The position numbers were made by a program, and so were the translations under genes. Source: Eledone cirrhosa (lineage: Eukaryota). From it: a stretch of 64,000 nt of DNA. Positions 1-15,610 of this stretch are shown here, one piece after another (position 1 is the first letter of the stretch; every line of letters begins with the position of its first letter). The notes under the pieces were generated by a model, which was given only the letters and a program-made list of their open reading frames with translations, made no database searches and was not told the origin of the DNA. The stretch covers positions 71,424,001 through 71,488,000 of the forward strand of contig OZ024746.1 of NCBI GenBank assembly GCA_964016885.1. The letters are read 5' to 3'.

Positions 1-160
1 GTTAAATGGTTAAGATTTCTAGCATAGTTACGTCCCTTTACAGTCTGAGTTCAAATCCCGCTGAGGTTAACTTTGCCTTTCATCTTTACGGGGTCGATAA
101 AATAAAGTACCAGTAATGTACTGGGTAATTGCTGGTCTTGTGCCTAAAGTAGAAACAATT
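1..160 (+). mobile_element. Same SINE family, 5'-truncated
   Basis: B-box, Meta-like domain and TAGAAACAATT tail. Confidence 0.85.
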
Positions 161-518
161 AATGTATATATATATATATATATAAAGCGATGAAATGCCT
201 ACGACGGTTGGAAGGCCACTGATGAAGGACAAACTTTTTCATATGTAACCCATTTGCAACGCCGCAGCTCCATTATTATCATATATATATATATATATAT
301 TCATTTAATTTATTAATTTATTGATATTTTATTTGAGTGACCCGAATCTTCCTGGTCGTTCTTTTTCGGCTGCACGGGTGATTCTAGGCATGATCTCTAT
401 GTGTTGGTATTTTAACGATAGTTATAGCTCTGATTTATCCAAATTATTGAGCCCTCTGCCACACATCGGATTTGTTTATCGTGATTTCGTGGGCTGATAT
501 TCCGATTCTCGATTATTC

Positions 519-583
<65 letters not shown>

Positions 584-909
584 CAGGTTTTCCTGCAACT
601 GTGTAGTTACATAGCCCAGAGTACCTATGATAATAGGTAAAAATGAAAATGTATCGCCAGAATACGTGAAATGTATGTCCCACATTAGTTCTTCATATAC
701 AATACATTCACATCCGTTCGCCATATAAATCCTACAGTAGTGCATCACTTTTGTTCACTGTCTTATAGAACAAACTATATCAGTTCTGTTGTGTTGGCAG
801 CACAGAAAACAACAACCGAAAGGTGGTCACGGATGGAATGCTTTTGGTCATAAGTTTTATCGATCTGGGTTGACTTTGGGATAAATATCAATAACACCGT
901 TACCATTCT

Positions 910-950
910 ACATCATCATCATCATCATCATCATCATTATCACCATCATC

Positions 951-983
<33 letters not shown>

Positions 984-1775
984 TTCATCAACATCATTGA
1001 CAGCTCCAACTAATACAATGTTCACTATACCACCACTACTACCACACACACACACACACACCACCACCACCACCACCACCACCACCACCACCACCACACC
1101 CACCACTACCACCATCATCATCATCACTATCACATCACATCAATGCCATCATTACCATCACTTCTACCAGCACCAGCAGCACCACCACCATCACCATCAC
1201 CACCATCACTATCACATCAGATCAACGCCATCATCATCACCACCACCACCAACACCACCACCACCACTACGATCACCACCAACACCACCACCACGATCAC
1301 CACCAACACCACCACCACCATCACATCACATCAACGCCATCATTACCATCATCACTTCTACCACCACTACCACCACTACCATCACCACCACCACCACTAC
1401 CACCACCACCACCACCACCACCACCATCACCACCACTACCACCACCACCACCACCACCACCACCACCAATACCACCCCACCACCACTACCACTACCACCA
1501 CCACCACCACTACCATCACCACCAACACCACCACCACCACTACCACCACCACCACCACCAACATCACCACCACCACCACCACCACCACCACCACCACCAC
1601 CACCATCACCACCACTACCACCACCACCACCACCACCACCAATACCACCCCACCACCACCAATACCACCCCACCACCACTAGCACCACCACCACCACCAC
1701 CACCACCACCACCATCACCACCAACACCACCACCACAACCGCCACCACCACCACCACCAACACCACCAACACCAA
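910..1775. repeat. (CAT)n/(CAC)n trinucleotide tract
   Basis: Direct reading. Confidence 0.9.
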
Positions 1776-1921
1776 TCAGCTCGGCAGGCAGTCACGCTTC
1801 ATTTAACCCTCATTAGCACTAAACCAGACAGCGATCAAACCCGACGATCACCGCCCACTGACACCCCATTAAAACCACTACCACACACAATGTATATGTC
1901 TATATATATGTAATGTATATG

Positions 1922-2001
<80 letters not shown>

Positions 2002-2127
2002 CATACTACGGAGTGTGTGTATGTCTTTACATGCAAATATAAACCCCTTCATCAGTGTACACAAAAATACACACGGAAGCTAAGACATAAACATCCGTGG
2101 AAGATAAGGAGCGGTGTGTATATATAT

Positions 2128-2268
<141 letters not shown>

Positions 2269-2294
2269 TATACATATATATACACATATATATA

Positions 2295-2360
<66 letters not shown>

Positions 2361-2428
2361 ACAAAATATAAAGTATAACATTACAAAGTCCATTTATTAA
2401 TATCATATATATATATATATTTATATAT

Positions 2429-2494
<66 letters not shown>

Positions 2495-2497
2495 ATA

Positions 2498-2582
<85 letters not shown>

Positions 2583-2601
2583 TATATATATACATATATA
2601 T

Positions 2602-2730
<129 letters not shown>

Positions 2731-2973
2731 ATATTTACTCATTCATGTGCGCTAGTGCTTGCACATTTGTGTACATTAATGTGGACGTATATATTTGCAT
2801 AAACACATTCACCATAAAAGACAAAACAGATACATATATATACATGTGTACATACATATCTAAATATACATACACAAACACAGATATGTATATATATGTC
2901 ATATACATATGTATATCATGTGTGTGTGTATGCGTGTGTGGATATGTCTACATGTGTATAATATGAATGTATG

Positions 2974-3085
<112 letters not shown>

Positions 3086-3227
3086 TATGTATGTATATAT
3101 ATATGTACATACAGACACATATATCTATATATACATACAAACATGCATAATTATATACATGTCCATACGCGCATGTGTATTCACTATACTTGTGTGTGTA
3201 TGTGTCTATAGATATATATGTATGCAA

Positions 3228-3268
<41 letters not shown>

Positions 3269-3287
3269 CACATATATATATATATAT

Positions 3288-3466
<179 letters not shown>

Positions 3467-3483
3467 TATATCATATATATATT

Positions 3484-3600
<117 letters not shown>

Positions 3601-3622
3601 CATATATATATATCATATATAT

Positions 3623-3693
<71 letters not shown>

Positions 3694-4105
3694 TATATAT
3701 ATATATATACGAGTGTGTGTGCGAGTGTGTGTGTGCGAGTGTGAGTGTGCGAGTGTGAGTGTGTGCGAGTGTGTGTGTGTGCGAGTTTGTGTGTGAGTGT
3801 GCGAGTGTGCGTGCGAGTTTGTGTGTGTGTGTTTCCTATACAAAACTCTATTGATGCCATAACAAGACAGTTCCTTAATAAACTCTGCTGCCGTCCTCGT
3901 TAAACATCGCCTCTCTATACACACCGGGATATATATATATACATAACCAATATATAATTGCTATATACAATCTCTTTTGCTTTTGACATCACTAAATGTC
4001 ATTGTTCTATTCAATTTCTACTCACCCTTACCCATCCATTCACCTCTCGCCCTCTTACTCACTCTCTCTCTCTCTCCCCTTCTCTCACTCTCTCTCTACA
4101 CCCTC

Positions 4106-4209
<104 letters not shown>

Positions 4210-4866
4210 TATATTCTCTCATTCCCCCCTCCGACTTTCTTATTCTACCTACCTATCCACCTACCTATCCACCTACCTACCTACCTACCTACCTACCTTC
4301 CTACCTACCTACCTACCTACCTACCTACCTACCTACCCACATACCTACCTACCTATCTACCTATCTATCTATCTATCTATCTATCCTACTGCATTTCCCA
4401 TCGCGACCATTTTCTTCTCATCTCTCTTTCAACCCCATCTCCTCTCTCCACACACACACCACATCACATTTTATTATTCATTCTTCTTCTTCTTCTTCTT
4501 CTTCTTCTTCTTCTTCTTCTTCTTCTTCTTCTTCTTCTTCTTCTTCTTCTTCTTCTTCTTCTTCTTCTTTATTGTGTGTGCCGCCACCAATGGCTGTGTG
4601 CTTATGATGTTAAATTCGCAACAACTTGGACACGGGAACGACCCTACCGTGCGCCATCTTACGATATTCCGCTATGAATCTTGAGATAATGATTGCCAAT
4701 GCTGACGCGGCTAAGTTTGTCTTCCATACTTCTAGCGTCGATCAAAATGTTGTACCAGTCATATAGGGAGGCTCAATCAATCAATTCGTCTAATCAAAGG
4801 AATTTATCTAGTGCAAATGCTTTGCAACCAGAAAATAATTGTGGCTATGGTAAATCATCTAGTGAA

Positions 4867-4939
<73 letters not shown>

Positions 4940-4997
4940 ATACATACATACGCGAAACTAATAAGACTTTGTGTGCCTCGGTTATGTTGTTTCCTTG

Positions 4998-5032
<35 letters not shown>

Positions 5033-5034
<2 letters not shown>

Positions 5035-5299
5035 AACCAGTAAGACCCCGACAGCTGAGCTCAAGCCGTTTCGACGGCTAATTCTGGACTAAAATGATTT
5101 TAGTCCAGAATTAGCCGTCGAAACGGCTTGAGCTCAGCTGTCGGGGTCTTACTGGTGATTTTAGTCCAGAATTAGCCGTCGAAACGGCTTGAGCTCAGCT
5201 GTCGGGGTCTTACTGGTTCCTATTACCCACTCTACTACCTCAAGTATTGAGTACTTTGGTGCGTTATGGTCCACCTGGTTCCTTACCACATTTCCTTCG

Positions 5300-5301
<2 letters not shown>
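5033..5301. mobile_element. TA-inserted non-autonomous element (25.6-kb HHR family), foldback with internal duplication
   Basis: Inverted arm 5033-5094, then two forward copies of TAGTCCAGAATTAGCCGTCGAAACGGCTTGAGCTCAGCTGTCGGGGTC. Confidence 0.8.
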
Positions 5302-5335
<34 letters not shown>

Positions 5336-5360
5336 CTATATATATATATATATATATAAC

Positions 5361-5391
<31 letters not shown>

Positions 5392-5417
5392 TACTATATA
5401 TATATATGTATATATAG

Positions 5418-6187
5418 TAATAATAATAAATTGGAAGACTAAAATCCAAAGAGGGTTCGATAAGGATAAATATATATCACATATATAAGAACCGTAGAGC
5501 AAATATTTATTAAAATAACAGATTAAAGTTTAAGCAAAGAATCGCTGTTTTCACCCTTAACGGGATTTTCTGAAACTAACAAAGTCAATCTGTGAACGCA
5601 GAAGTGAATATTTCAAAAAACGTTGCAACCGGAGGAAGACAGGAAGACGATACTTTGGTCCGTGGAAACGTTCCCCCGCTCCACATATGACGTATTATCT
5701 TCGTTTTTTTCCGTTCATTGACAGAGAACGTCTCTATGAACAACCTAATAGAATATTAGTCTACGACTTCCTTTATACCATAAACGTGGTTTTGTCTTTG
5801 CGTGTAATTGTTTTTCACCGCTCCTAATAATGACGCAATGCTTTGATGCATAGAGTTACGGTCCTTGCCACTCTGAGTTCAAATCCCGCCGTGGTTAACT
5901 TTGCCTTTCATCCTTATGGGGTCGATAAAATAAAGTACCAGTAATACACTGGGTAATTGCTGGCCTTGTGCCAAAAGTAGAAATAATTATATTCGTTTTT
6001 TCCCGTTCTTTGCCAGGGAACGTTTCCACGGACCAAAGTATCGTCTTCCTGTCTTCCTCCGGTTGCAACGTTTTTTTGAAATATTCACTTCTGCGTTCAC
6101 AGATTGACTTTGTTAGTTTCAGAAGATCCCGTTAAGGGTGAAAGCAGCGATTATTTGCTTAAACTTTAATCTGTTATTTTAATAAAT
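5418..6187. mobile_element. Foldback TA-inserted element (CAGAAGA family) with a nested SINE at ~5837-5990
   Basis: ~5505-5685 is the inverse of ~6015-6187; homologous to 48268-49145. Confidence 0.75.
6115..6165 (+). ncRNA. Hammerhead-like motif with CAGAAGA core (U4A); also at 48985-49035 (+) and ~5527-5577 (-, mutated)
   Basis: AGTTT-CAGAAGA-T-CCC/GGG stem II-T-GAA-AGCA...TGCT-T-AAACT; three stems form, but the core is non-canonical. Confidence 0.4.
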
Positions 6188-6283
6188 ATATATATATGTA
6201 TATATATGCAAAAGTTTTACTTAAAATCGCTGGGTTACCGCTCATATTTATGGTACGTCAAAATTATTTATAAAACTGTTTAT

Positions 6284-6360
6284 ATATTGTATTTTATCTG
6301 ACGAAGGCATGCCATATTTTTAATATGGTATCCCCGAAATATGTATAATGAAATAAATAT
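6284..6360 (+). ncRNA. Type I hammerhead ribozyme in a short TA-inserted element (~6208-6398)
   Basis: TATTTTAT-CTGACGA-stem II ATGCCATATT/AATATGGTAT-CGAA-ATATGTAT-A-ATGAAATA. Confidence 0.75.
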
Positions 6361-6618
6361 GGTTTTATAAATATAGTTTCCATTTGTTTAATATCGTATA
6401 TATGTATATATATATATATACACATGCATACTTACACTACACACACACAGAGATACACAGACACACACATGCATATCTATCTATTATCAATCCCTGGCAT
6501 GTGTCTTTGTATTGTCCCCTTTTCTTGTGCGCCCTTCATCATCACCCCCATCCTCGACATCATCACCAACAGCAACTACAACATCATCACCATCATCATC
6601 ATTTTTTTTTATTGTTAT

Positions 6619-6656
<38 letters not shown>

Positions 6657-6765
6657 CCAACGTAATTATCCCTGTCATCACACTCTTCATCCCCAACGTC
6701 GCCGTCACTACCACCATTATTACCGCGACAACCATCATCACCACCATCATCATGCAGTCACCACC

Positions 6766-6796
<31 letters not shown>

Positions 6797-7165
6797 ACGC
6801 CACCACAACCACCACCACTATCACCACCACTACCACCACCACCACAACCACCATCACCACCATCATCATCTACGCCGCCACCACCACCACCATCATCAAC
6901 GCCACCGCCGCCATCACCACCACCACCACCACCACCACATTTACCGGTGTTTTAACACAAACCCCGTAATTTTGTTTGTATCAAGATGCAACTAATGAAC
7001 CGTGAAGAGTTAACTTAATGTAGCAGTTGTAGTAGTGGTGGTAGTAGTAGTTGTAGTAGTGGTGATTGTGTTGGCGGTAGTAGTAGCAGTAGTAGTAGTT
7101 GTAGTATTAATAGAATTAGTAGAAGTGGGAGCAGTAGTAGTAGTAATAGCAGCAGCAGCAGTAGC

Positions 7166-7199
<34 letters not shown>

Positions 7200-7363
7200 A
7201 TAGCGGTAGTAGCGGTGATGGTCGTGGTAGTAATCGAAGTCGTGTTGTTAGTGTTAGTAGTATTAGTTCATACCACTTTCTCTGTTTACCCTGTCACAGC
7301 CTCACTCAACAAATGTACACACACGCCCACAAATACACACACACACACAAATACACACACACA

Positions 7364-7441
<78 letters not shown>

Positions 7442-7499
7442 GACACACACACACACACACAAATACATTTATATGTATGAGTGTGGGTGTGTGTGTTTG

Positions 7500-7538
<39 letters not shown>

Positions 7539-8446
7539 TACATGAATCAAAGTTCTGTTTAAACCATTTATTCGCTTACAATTGTTTCTTCCAAACCGAG
7601 GTTTGGAGTCTTCGGAGCAATTTTTCAATGATTGTTTACATACATGACCTCCTTTTCAACACAAGGGACATACAGAAACATATGTATATATTGATGCACA
7701 GTGGGTTGACATCCATTATAATATTTTAGCATGGTAATAAATTACTGTCTTTCACTATTTAGGGTTTAAAATATATATAACTATAAAAGGTTTTAGTATA
7801 TACATAACCATAAATAGTATCCTTAATACTATATATATATATACATATAAATATACACACAAATGTATTTATTGATGTCAGTGCTTACTTCAAACAGGCC
7901 GAATTACCTAAAGAGAAATTACACACTCATACGAGAAAGGAAATGTCATCAACCGTCCCCTTCCCATAATTAAAAAAAAAAATCTAATGATAGAAATTGG
8001 TGACAAAATCAAAGACACTTGGATTCGAACTCACGTTACCTAATTGTCACCTTGGTGTAATGGCCACTACACTACGTGTATAGAAAGACACATTTTATTA
8101 ATTTGAAATATATTTGAAAATGAACAATAAAAGAACTGAGATGGAATAAATAAGAAGGGTTTTGAGAGGGTCAATCATATACCTTTGTCTGTATGGTATG
8201 TCTGTATGTATTTACAACTTCTATAGTCTTGGCTAAGCGGTATATCTCAGCTGCACCTTGCTAACAAGATGCCGTAAGCATTGACCTGGAGAACAGCCAG
8301 CTCTGCCCGCTGAGTCAGTTATTATATGTCGCGTAGGAAAATGACAAGCTGAGGGCTGAAGCCACAGAAGGTTTCGGTGGTAACTGGTACAACTAAACTA
8401 GAATAGAGATGTAGCACACTAATTCTTATACAGATTCATGTTAAAT

Positions 8447-9580
8447 TGGTGGATTGACAAATCCATTAGAGCGTTGGAAACATATTTTGTGGTATTTGCT
8501 CTGGCTCTTTACATTCTGAGTTCAAATCTCCCTGAGGTTAACACAGCTTTTCGCTGTTTTAGGTTCTATAAAATAAAGTACACCTCAAGTACTAGGCTTG
8601 AATCAATCGATTACCCCCACCCCAAAGAAAATGCTAGCTTTGTGTCAAAATTAGAAACCATAAAAATAAGCTGGCGGATTCGCAGAACCATTTGAGCGTC
8701 GGACAAAATGCTTTGCGATAATCCAGTTCTTTATTTTCTGTGTTCAAATCTCACCAAGGTCAACTTAGCTTTCGGTTCATATTTCTGAAATTGACAAAGT
8801 CAAGTACTAGGATCAATTTAGTCGGCTTTCTTTTCCCCACAAATTGATGGACTTGTGTATAAACTTGAAACCATCGGTAGACGGTCGGACGCCATGCTTT
8901 GAAGCATAGAGTTAGCTCCCTTTATGATCTGAATTCAAATCCCGCCGAGGTTAACTTTGCCTTTCATCCTTACGGGGTCGATAAAATAAAATACCAGTAA
9001 TGCACTGGCTAATTGCTGGCCTTGTGTCAAATGTAGAAACAATTATATTGACGCGTGAACAAGAAGTAACTCATTTGGTTTTCTTTGCCATACACATTCT
9101 TCGAATTCTTGATAAATATAAACACTTTTGTACCTCACTAACAATAAATGTTTCTACTTTTGGCGCAAGAACAGCAACTTAAAGGGAAAGGGAACGTCGA
9201 TTAAATCGACCCCTGTGCATTACTAGTGCTTTATTTTATCAATCCCGTAATTATGGAAGGCAAAGCTAACCTCAGCGGGATTTGAACTCAGAACGTAAAG
9301 GGCCGTAACTCTACGCCACAAAGCAAGTTGTCCGACGCTCTATCGATACTGCCAATCTACCGCCCTACATATGTTAACAATAATAATATCGATTTTAGGC
9401 AGAAGCTCAGCAATTTGAGGGTAGGTGAAAATAGAAATTGATTAGAATTATATTTTATCGACCATTGAAGGATAAAAGGTCAATTTCATCTCCGTATGAT
9501 TTGAACTAAGAATGTAAAGAACCATAATTGGATATGGCGATGACACTTTACCTGGGCCCCGACAATTCTGTCAAGCCACA
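8447..9580. mobile_element. Cluster of five SINE copies (three plus at ~8447-9047, two minus at ~9190-9580)
   Basis: Repeated GTTCAAAT/ATTTGAAC B-boxes and Meta-like domain at varying divergence. Confidence 0.75.
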
Positions 9581-10154
9581 TCCACCAACATTATAAACAT
9601 CACTGTTAGCACTATAACTGCCATTGCTTTCCACCACTATATCCACTGCCACTACTGTCGCTATCACTAACCACCACCACCAGCAGCAGCACATCCATCA
9701 CCACCACCACCACCACCATCACCACCACCACGCTAATACTACTACCACACACACCACCACCAACCAAGACGCCTGCACCACCACCACCACTACTAACCCC
9801 ATCATCCATATCCATATCTTGTCCTAATAAGGCCATCAACGCAACGTCAGGCTACGGTTCAGTGCACAGAGAAATGATCCGATCTGAATTGTTTAACCAG
9901 CTGACCAATGTCGCTTATTTAACACGCCTTTAGCCTCACTCTTCCTCGCTGTTTCTCGCTGTTTCTCGTTGGTTCTAGCTGATTAGTATTGCTGTCAGAA
10001 AGACAGTATTAGTGGAAGTGTCGTGGGGCTGTGAGAGTGTGTGTGTGGAGGGGGGGCGGAGGAGATAGAGGCTGGTTGGTTGGTGGCTTGTATAATGGCA
10101 ATGGCAGTGTAATGAGTGGAGGCTTGCAGAAGGTGTACAGTGGGTGATATTGTG

Positions 10155-10985
10155 TATGAAGGGTAGTGTGTATGGTGGAGTGTACATTGGGTTGTATAGT
10201 GTATACATGGTAGTATGGTAGTGAGTATGGTGGAGTGTACAGTAGATTGTATAGTGTATATATGGTAGTATGGTAGTGTGTATGGTGGAGTATACAGTAG
10301 ATTGTATAGTGTATATATGGTAGTATGGTAGTGAGTATGGTGGAGTGTACAGTAGATTGTATAGTGTATATATGGTAGTATGGTAGTGTGTATGGTGGAG
10401 TGTACAGTAGATTGTATAGTGTATATATGGTAGTATGGTAGTGAGTATGGTGGAGTGTACAGTAGATTGTATAGTGTATATATGGTAGTATGGTAGTGTG
10501 TATGGTGGAGTGTACAGTAGATTGTATAGTGTATATATGGTAGTATGGTAGTGAGTATGGTGGAGTGTACAGTAGATTGTATAGTGTATATATGGTAGTA
10601 TGGTAGTGTGTATGGTGGAGTGTACAGTAGATTGTATAGTGTATATATGGTAGTATGGTAGTGAGTATGGTGGAGTGTACATTGAATTGTATAGTGTATA
10701 TATGGTAGTATGGTAGTGTGTATGGTGGAGTGTACAATAAATTGTATAGTGTATATATGGTAGTATGGTAGTGTGTATGGTGGAGTGTACAATAAATTGT
10801 ATAGTGTATATATGGTAGTATGGTAGTGTGTATGGTGGAGTGTACATTGAATTGTATAGTGTATACATGGTAGTATGGTAGTGTGTATGGTGGAGTGTAC
10901 AGTAGATTGTATAGTGTATATATGGTAGTATGGTAGTGTGTGTGGTGGAGTGTACAGTAGATTGTATAGTGTATATATATGGTAC
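10155..10985. repeat. 55-bp minisatellite, ~15 copies
   Basis: AGTAGATTGT at 10241, 10296 and 10351 onward. Confidence 0.9.
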
Positions 10986-10989
10986 TGTT

Positions 10990-13900
10990 GTGGTGTGTAT
11001 GGTGGTGTGTATGGTGGTGTGTATGGTGGTGTGTATGGTGGTGTGTATGGTGGTGTGTATGGGGGAGTGTATGGTGGTGTGTATGGTGGAGTGTATGGTG
11101 GTGTATATGGTGGAGTGTATGGTGGTGTGTATGGTGGTGTGTATGGTGGTGTGTATGGTGGAGTGTATGGTGGTGTGTATGGTGGAGTGTATGGTGGTGT
11201 ATATGGTGGAGTGTATGGTGGTGTGTATGGTGGTGTGTATGGTGGTGTGTATGGTGGAGTGTATGGTGGTGTGTATGGTGGAGTGTATGGTGGTGTATAT
11301 GGTGGTGTGTATGGTGGTGTGTATGGTGGAGTGTATGGTGGTGTGTATGGTGGTGTGTATGGTGGAGTGTATGGTGGTGTGTATGGTGGTGTGTATGGTG
11401 GTGTGTATGGTGGTGTGTATGGTGGAGTGTATGGTGGTATGTATGGTGGTGTGTATGGTGGTGTGTATGGTGGTGTGTATGGTGGTGTGTATGGTGGTGC
11501 GTATGGTGGTGTGTATGGTGGTGTGTATGGTGGTATGTATGGTGGAGTGTATAGTGGAGTGTATGGTGGAGTGTATGGTGGTGTGTATGGTGGTGTGTAT
11601 GGTGGAGTGTATGGTGGTGTGTATGGTGGAGTGTATGGTGGAGTGTATGGTGATGTGTATGGTGGTGTGTATGGTGCTATGTATGGTGGAGTGTATAGTG
11701 GAGTGTATGGTGGAGTGTATGGTGGTGTGTATGGTGGTGTGTATGGTGGAGTGTATGGTGGTGTGTATGGTGGAGTGTATGGTGGTGTGTATGGTGGTGT
11801 GTATGGTGGTGTGTATGGTGGAGTGTATGGTGGTGTGTATGGTGGTGTGTATGGTGGTGTGTATGGTGGTGTGTATGGTGGAGTGTATGGTGGAGTGTAT
11901 GGTGGTGTGTATGGTGGGGGTGTATGGTAGTGTGTATGGTGGTGTGTATGGTGGAGTGTATGGTGGAGTGTATGGTGGTGTGTATGGTGGTGTGTATGGT
12001 GGAGTGTACGGTGGAGTGTATGGTGGAGTGTATGGTGGCGTGTATGGTGGTGTGTATGGTGGTGTGTATGGTGGTATGTATGGTGGTGTGTATGGTGGAG
12101 TGTACGGTGGAGTGTATGGTGGAGTGTATGGTGGTGTGTATGGTGGTGTGTATGGTGGTGTGTATGGTGGTGTGTATGGTGGAGTGTACGGTGGTGTGTA
12201 TGCTGGTATGTATGGTGGTGTGTATGGTGGAGTGTATGGTGGTGTGTATGGTGGTGTATATGGTGGAGTGTATGGTGGTGTGTATGGTGGTGTGTATGGT
12301 GGTGTGTATGGTGGTGTGTATGGTGGTGTGTATGGTGGTGTATATGGTGGAGTGTATGGTGGTGTGTATGGTGGTGTGTATGGTGGTGTGTATGGTGGTG
12401 TGTATGGTGGTGTGTATGGTGGAGTGTATGGTGGTGTGTATGGTGGTGTATATGGTGGAGTGTATGGTGGTGTGTATGGTGGTGTGTATGGTGGTGTGTA
12501 TGGTGGTGTGTATGGTGGAGTGTACGGTGGAGTGTATGGTGGAGTGTATGGTGGTGTGTATGGTGGTGTGTATGGTGGTATCTATGGTGGTGTGTATGGT
12601 GGTCTGTACGGTGGAGTGTATGGTGGTGTGTATGGTGGTGTGTATGGTGGAGTGTATGGTGGAGTGTATGGTGGTGTGTATGGTGGTATGTATGGTGGTG
12701 TGTATGGTGGTGTGTATGGTGGTGTGTATGGTGGTGTGTATGGTGGTGTGTATGGTGGAGTGTACGGTGGAGTGTATGGTGGTATGTATGGTGGTATGTA
12801 TGGTGGTGTGTATGGTGGTGTGTATGGTGGTGTGTATGGTGGAGTGTATGGTGGTGTGTACGGTGGAGTGTATGGTGGTGTGTATGGTGGTGTGTATGGT
12901 GGTGTATATGGTGGAGTGTACGGTGGAGTGTATGGTGGAGTGTATGGTGGTGTGTATGGTGGTGTGTATGGTGGTATCTATGGTGGTGTGTATGGTGGTG
13001 TGTACGGTGGAGTGTATGGTGGTGTGTATGGTGGTGTGTATGGTGGAGTGTATGGTGGAGTGTATGGTGGTGTGTATGGTGGTATGTATGGTGGTGTGTA
13101 TGGTGGAGTGTACGGTGGAGTGTATGGTGGTATGTATGGTGGTATGTATGGTGGTGTGTATGGTGGTATGTATGGTGGTGTGTATGGTGGAGTGTATGGT
13201 GGTGTGTACGGTGGAGTGTATGGTGGTGTGTATGGTGGTGTGTATGGTGGTGTATATGGTGGAGTGTACGGTGGAGTGTATGGTGGTGTGTATGGTGGTG
13301 TGTATGGTGGTGTATATGGTGGAGTGTACGGTGGAGTGTATGGTGGAGTGTATGGTGGTGTGTATGGTGGTGTGTATGGTGGTGTGTATGGTGGAGTGTA
13401 TAGTGGAGTGTATGGTGGAGTGTATGGTGGTGTGTACGGTGGTGTGTATGGTGGTGTGTATGGTGGTGTATATGGTGGAGTGTACGGTGGAGTGTATGGT
13501 GGTGTGTACGGTTGTGTGTATGGTGGAGTGTATGGTGGTGTGTATGGTGGTGTGTATGGTGGAGTGTATGGTGGAGTGTATGGTGGTGTGTATGGTGGAG
13601 TGTATGGTGGTGTGTACGGTGGAGTGTATGGTGGTGTGTATGGTGGAGTGTATGGTGGTGTGTATGGTGGTGTGTATGGTGGAGTGTATGGTGGAGTGTA
13701 TGGTGGAGTGTATGGTGGTATGTATGGTGGTATGTATGGTGGTGTGTATGGTGGTGTGTATGGTGGTGTGTATGGTGGAGTGTACGGTGGAGTGTATGGT
13801 GGTGTGTACGGTTGTGTGTATGGTGGAGTGTATGGTGGTGTGTATGGTGGTGTGTATGGTGGAGTGTATGGTGGAGTGTATGGTGGTGAGTACGGTGGAG

Positions 13901-14545
13901 TGTATGGTGGAGTGTATGGTGGTGTGTACGGTGGAGTGTATGGTGGAGTGTACGGTGGAGTGTATGGTGGTGTGTATGGTGGAGTGTACGGTGGAGTGTA
14001 TGGTGGTGTGTATGGTGGTGTGTATGGTGGAGCGTATGGTGGAGTGTATGGTGGTGTGTATGGTGGTGTCTATGGTGGAGTGTATGGTGGTGTGTATGGT
14101 GGAGTGTACGGTGTAGTGTATGGTGGTGTGTATGGTGGAGTGTACGGTGGAGTGTATGGTGGTGTGTACGGTTGTGTGTATGGTGGAGTGTATGGTGGTG
14201 TGTATGGTGGTGTGTATGGTGGAGTGTATGGTGGTGTGTATGGTGGAGTGTATGGTGGTGAGTACGGTGGAGTGTATGGTGGAGTGTATGGTGGTGTGTA
14301 CGGTGGAGTGTATGGTGGAGTGTACGGTGGAGTGTATGGTGGTGTGTATGGTGGAGTGTACGGTGAAGTGTATGGTGGAGTGTATGGTGGTGTGTATGGT
14401 GGTGTGTATGGTGGAGTGTATGGTGGAGTGTATGGTGGTGTGTATGGTGGTGTCTATGGTGGAGTGTATGGTGGTGTGTACGGTGGAGTGCATGGTGGTA
14501 TGTATGGTGGAGTGTACGGTGGAGTGTATGGTGGAGTGTACGGTG
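10990..14545. repeat. 12-bp minisatellite (GTGTATGGTGGW)n, ~295 copies
   Basis: Direct reading. Confidence 0.95.
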
Positions 14546-14971
14546 ACGATGATGCGAGTCAACATAACTTTTGCAATTTGCTGGTGTTTTTATTTTTGTT
14601 ACTATTGTTATTGTTGTTGTTGTTGTTACTGTTGTTGTTAGTGTTGTTGTTGTTACTGTTGTTGTTACTGTTGTTGTTACTGTTGTTGTTGTTACTGTTG
14701 TTGTTACTGTTGTTGTTGTTACCTTTGTTGTTGTTGTTACTCTTATTGTTGTTACTGTTGTTGTTGTTGTTACTGTTATTCTTGTTACTGTTGTGGTTAC
14801 TGTTGTTGTTGTTACTGTTGTTTTTATCATTTGTTTCCGATGTTTCTCTCTCTCACTCTTTCTTTATCCTTCATTATCTCACACTTTTCTCTCTCCTCCT
14901 CACTCCCCCTCTCTCCCTCTCACTCTTTCTTTATCCTTCATTATCTCACACTTTTCTCTCTCCCTCCTTCA

Positions 14972-15012
<41 letters not shown>

Positions 15013-15253
15013 TCTTTCAGCGAATGACAAATAACCCAGCAAAAATAAATTAAATACATAAATAAATGGATGAATAAATAAGTGGATATATAAAATATAT
15101 AAACAAACAAACAAACAAGCAAATAAATATACAGGCTGACAAAATAAATGAAGCTGATAAAACATACATCTTATATATGTTTTTATGTGATTGTGTGTGT
15201 CTGTGTGTGTACATATTTATGGACAAACACACACAGAGGTAAAACAGATACAT

Positions 15254-15345
<92 letters not shown>

Positions 15346-15458
15346 GTGTGTGTGTGTTCATACAGATAATTGTATATTCATACAGACACTTTTAAAACCG
15401 AGTTTGTAACGCCTCGACGCCGAAAAACTATCGTTTACAAACATTCACGCAATATGCA

Positions 15459-15610
<152 letters not shown>

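Noticed and set aside
186-275. CTGAYGA motif in a short repeat family (also ~18730, ~19255 and ~39915 minus)
   Set aside because: No downstream stem II, GAAA or stem III could be paired in any of the four copies, so it was not called as a ribozyme
9995-15027. 1365-aa (VYGG)n and 1611-aa His/Thr/Pro ORFs resembling Gly/Tyr-rich structural proteins
   Set aside because: Translations of a 12-bp minisatellite that is open in several frames on both strands. The peptide changes frame at ~11920, and there is no signal peptide or unique domain.
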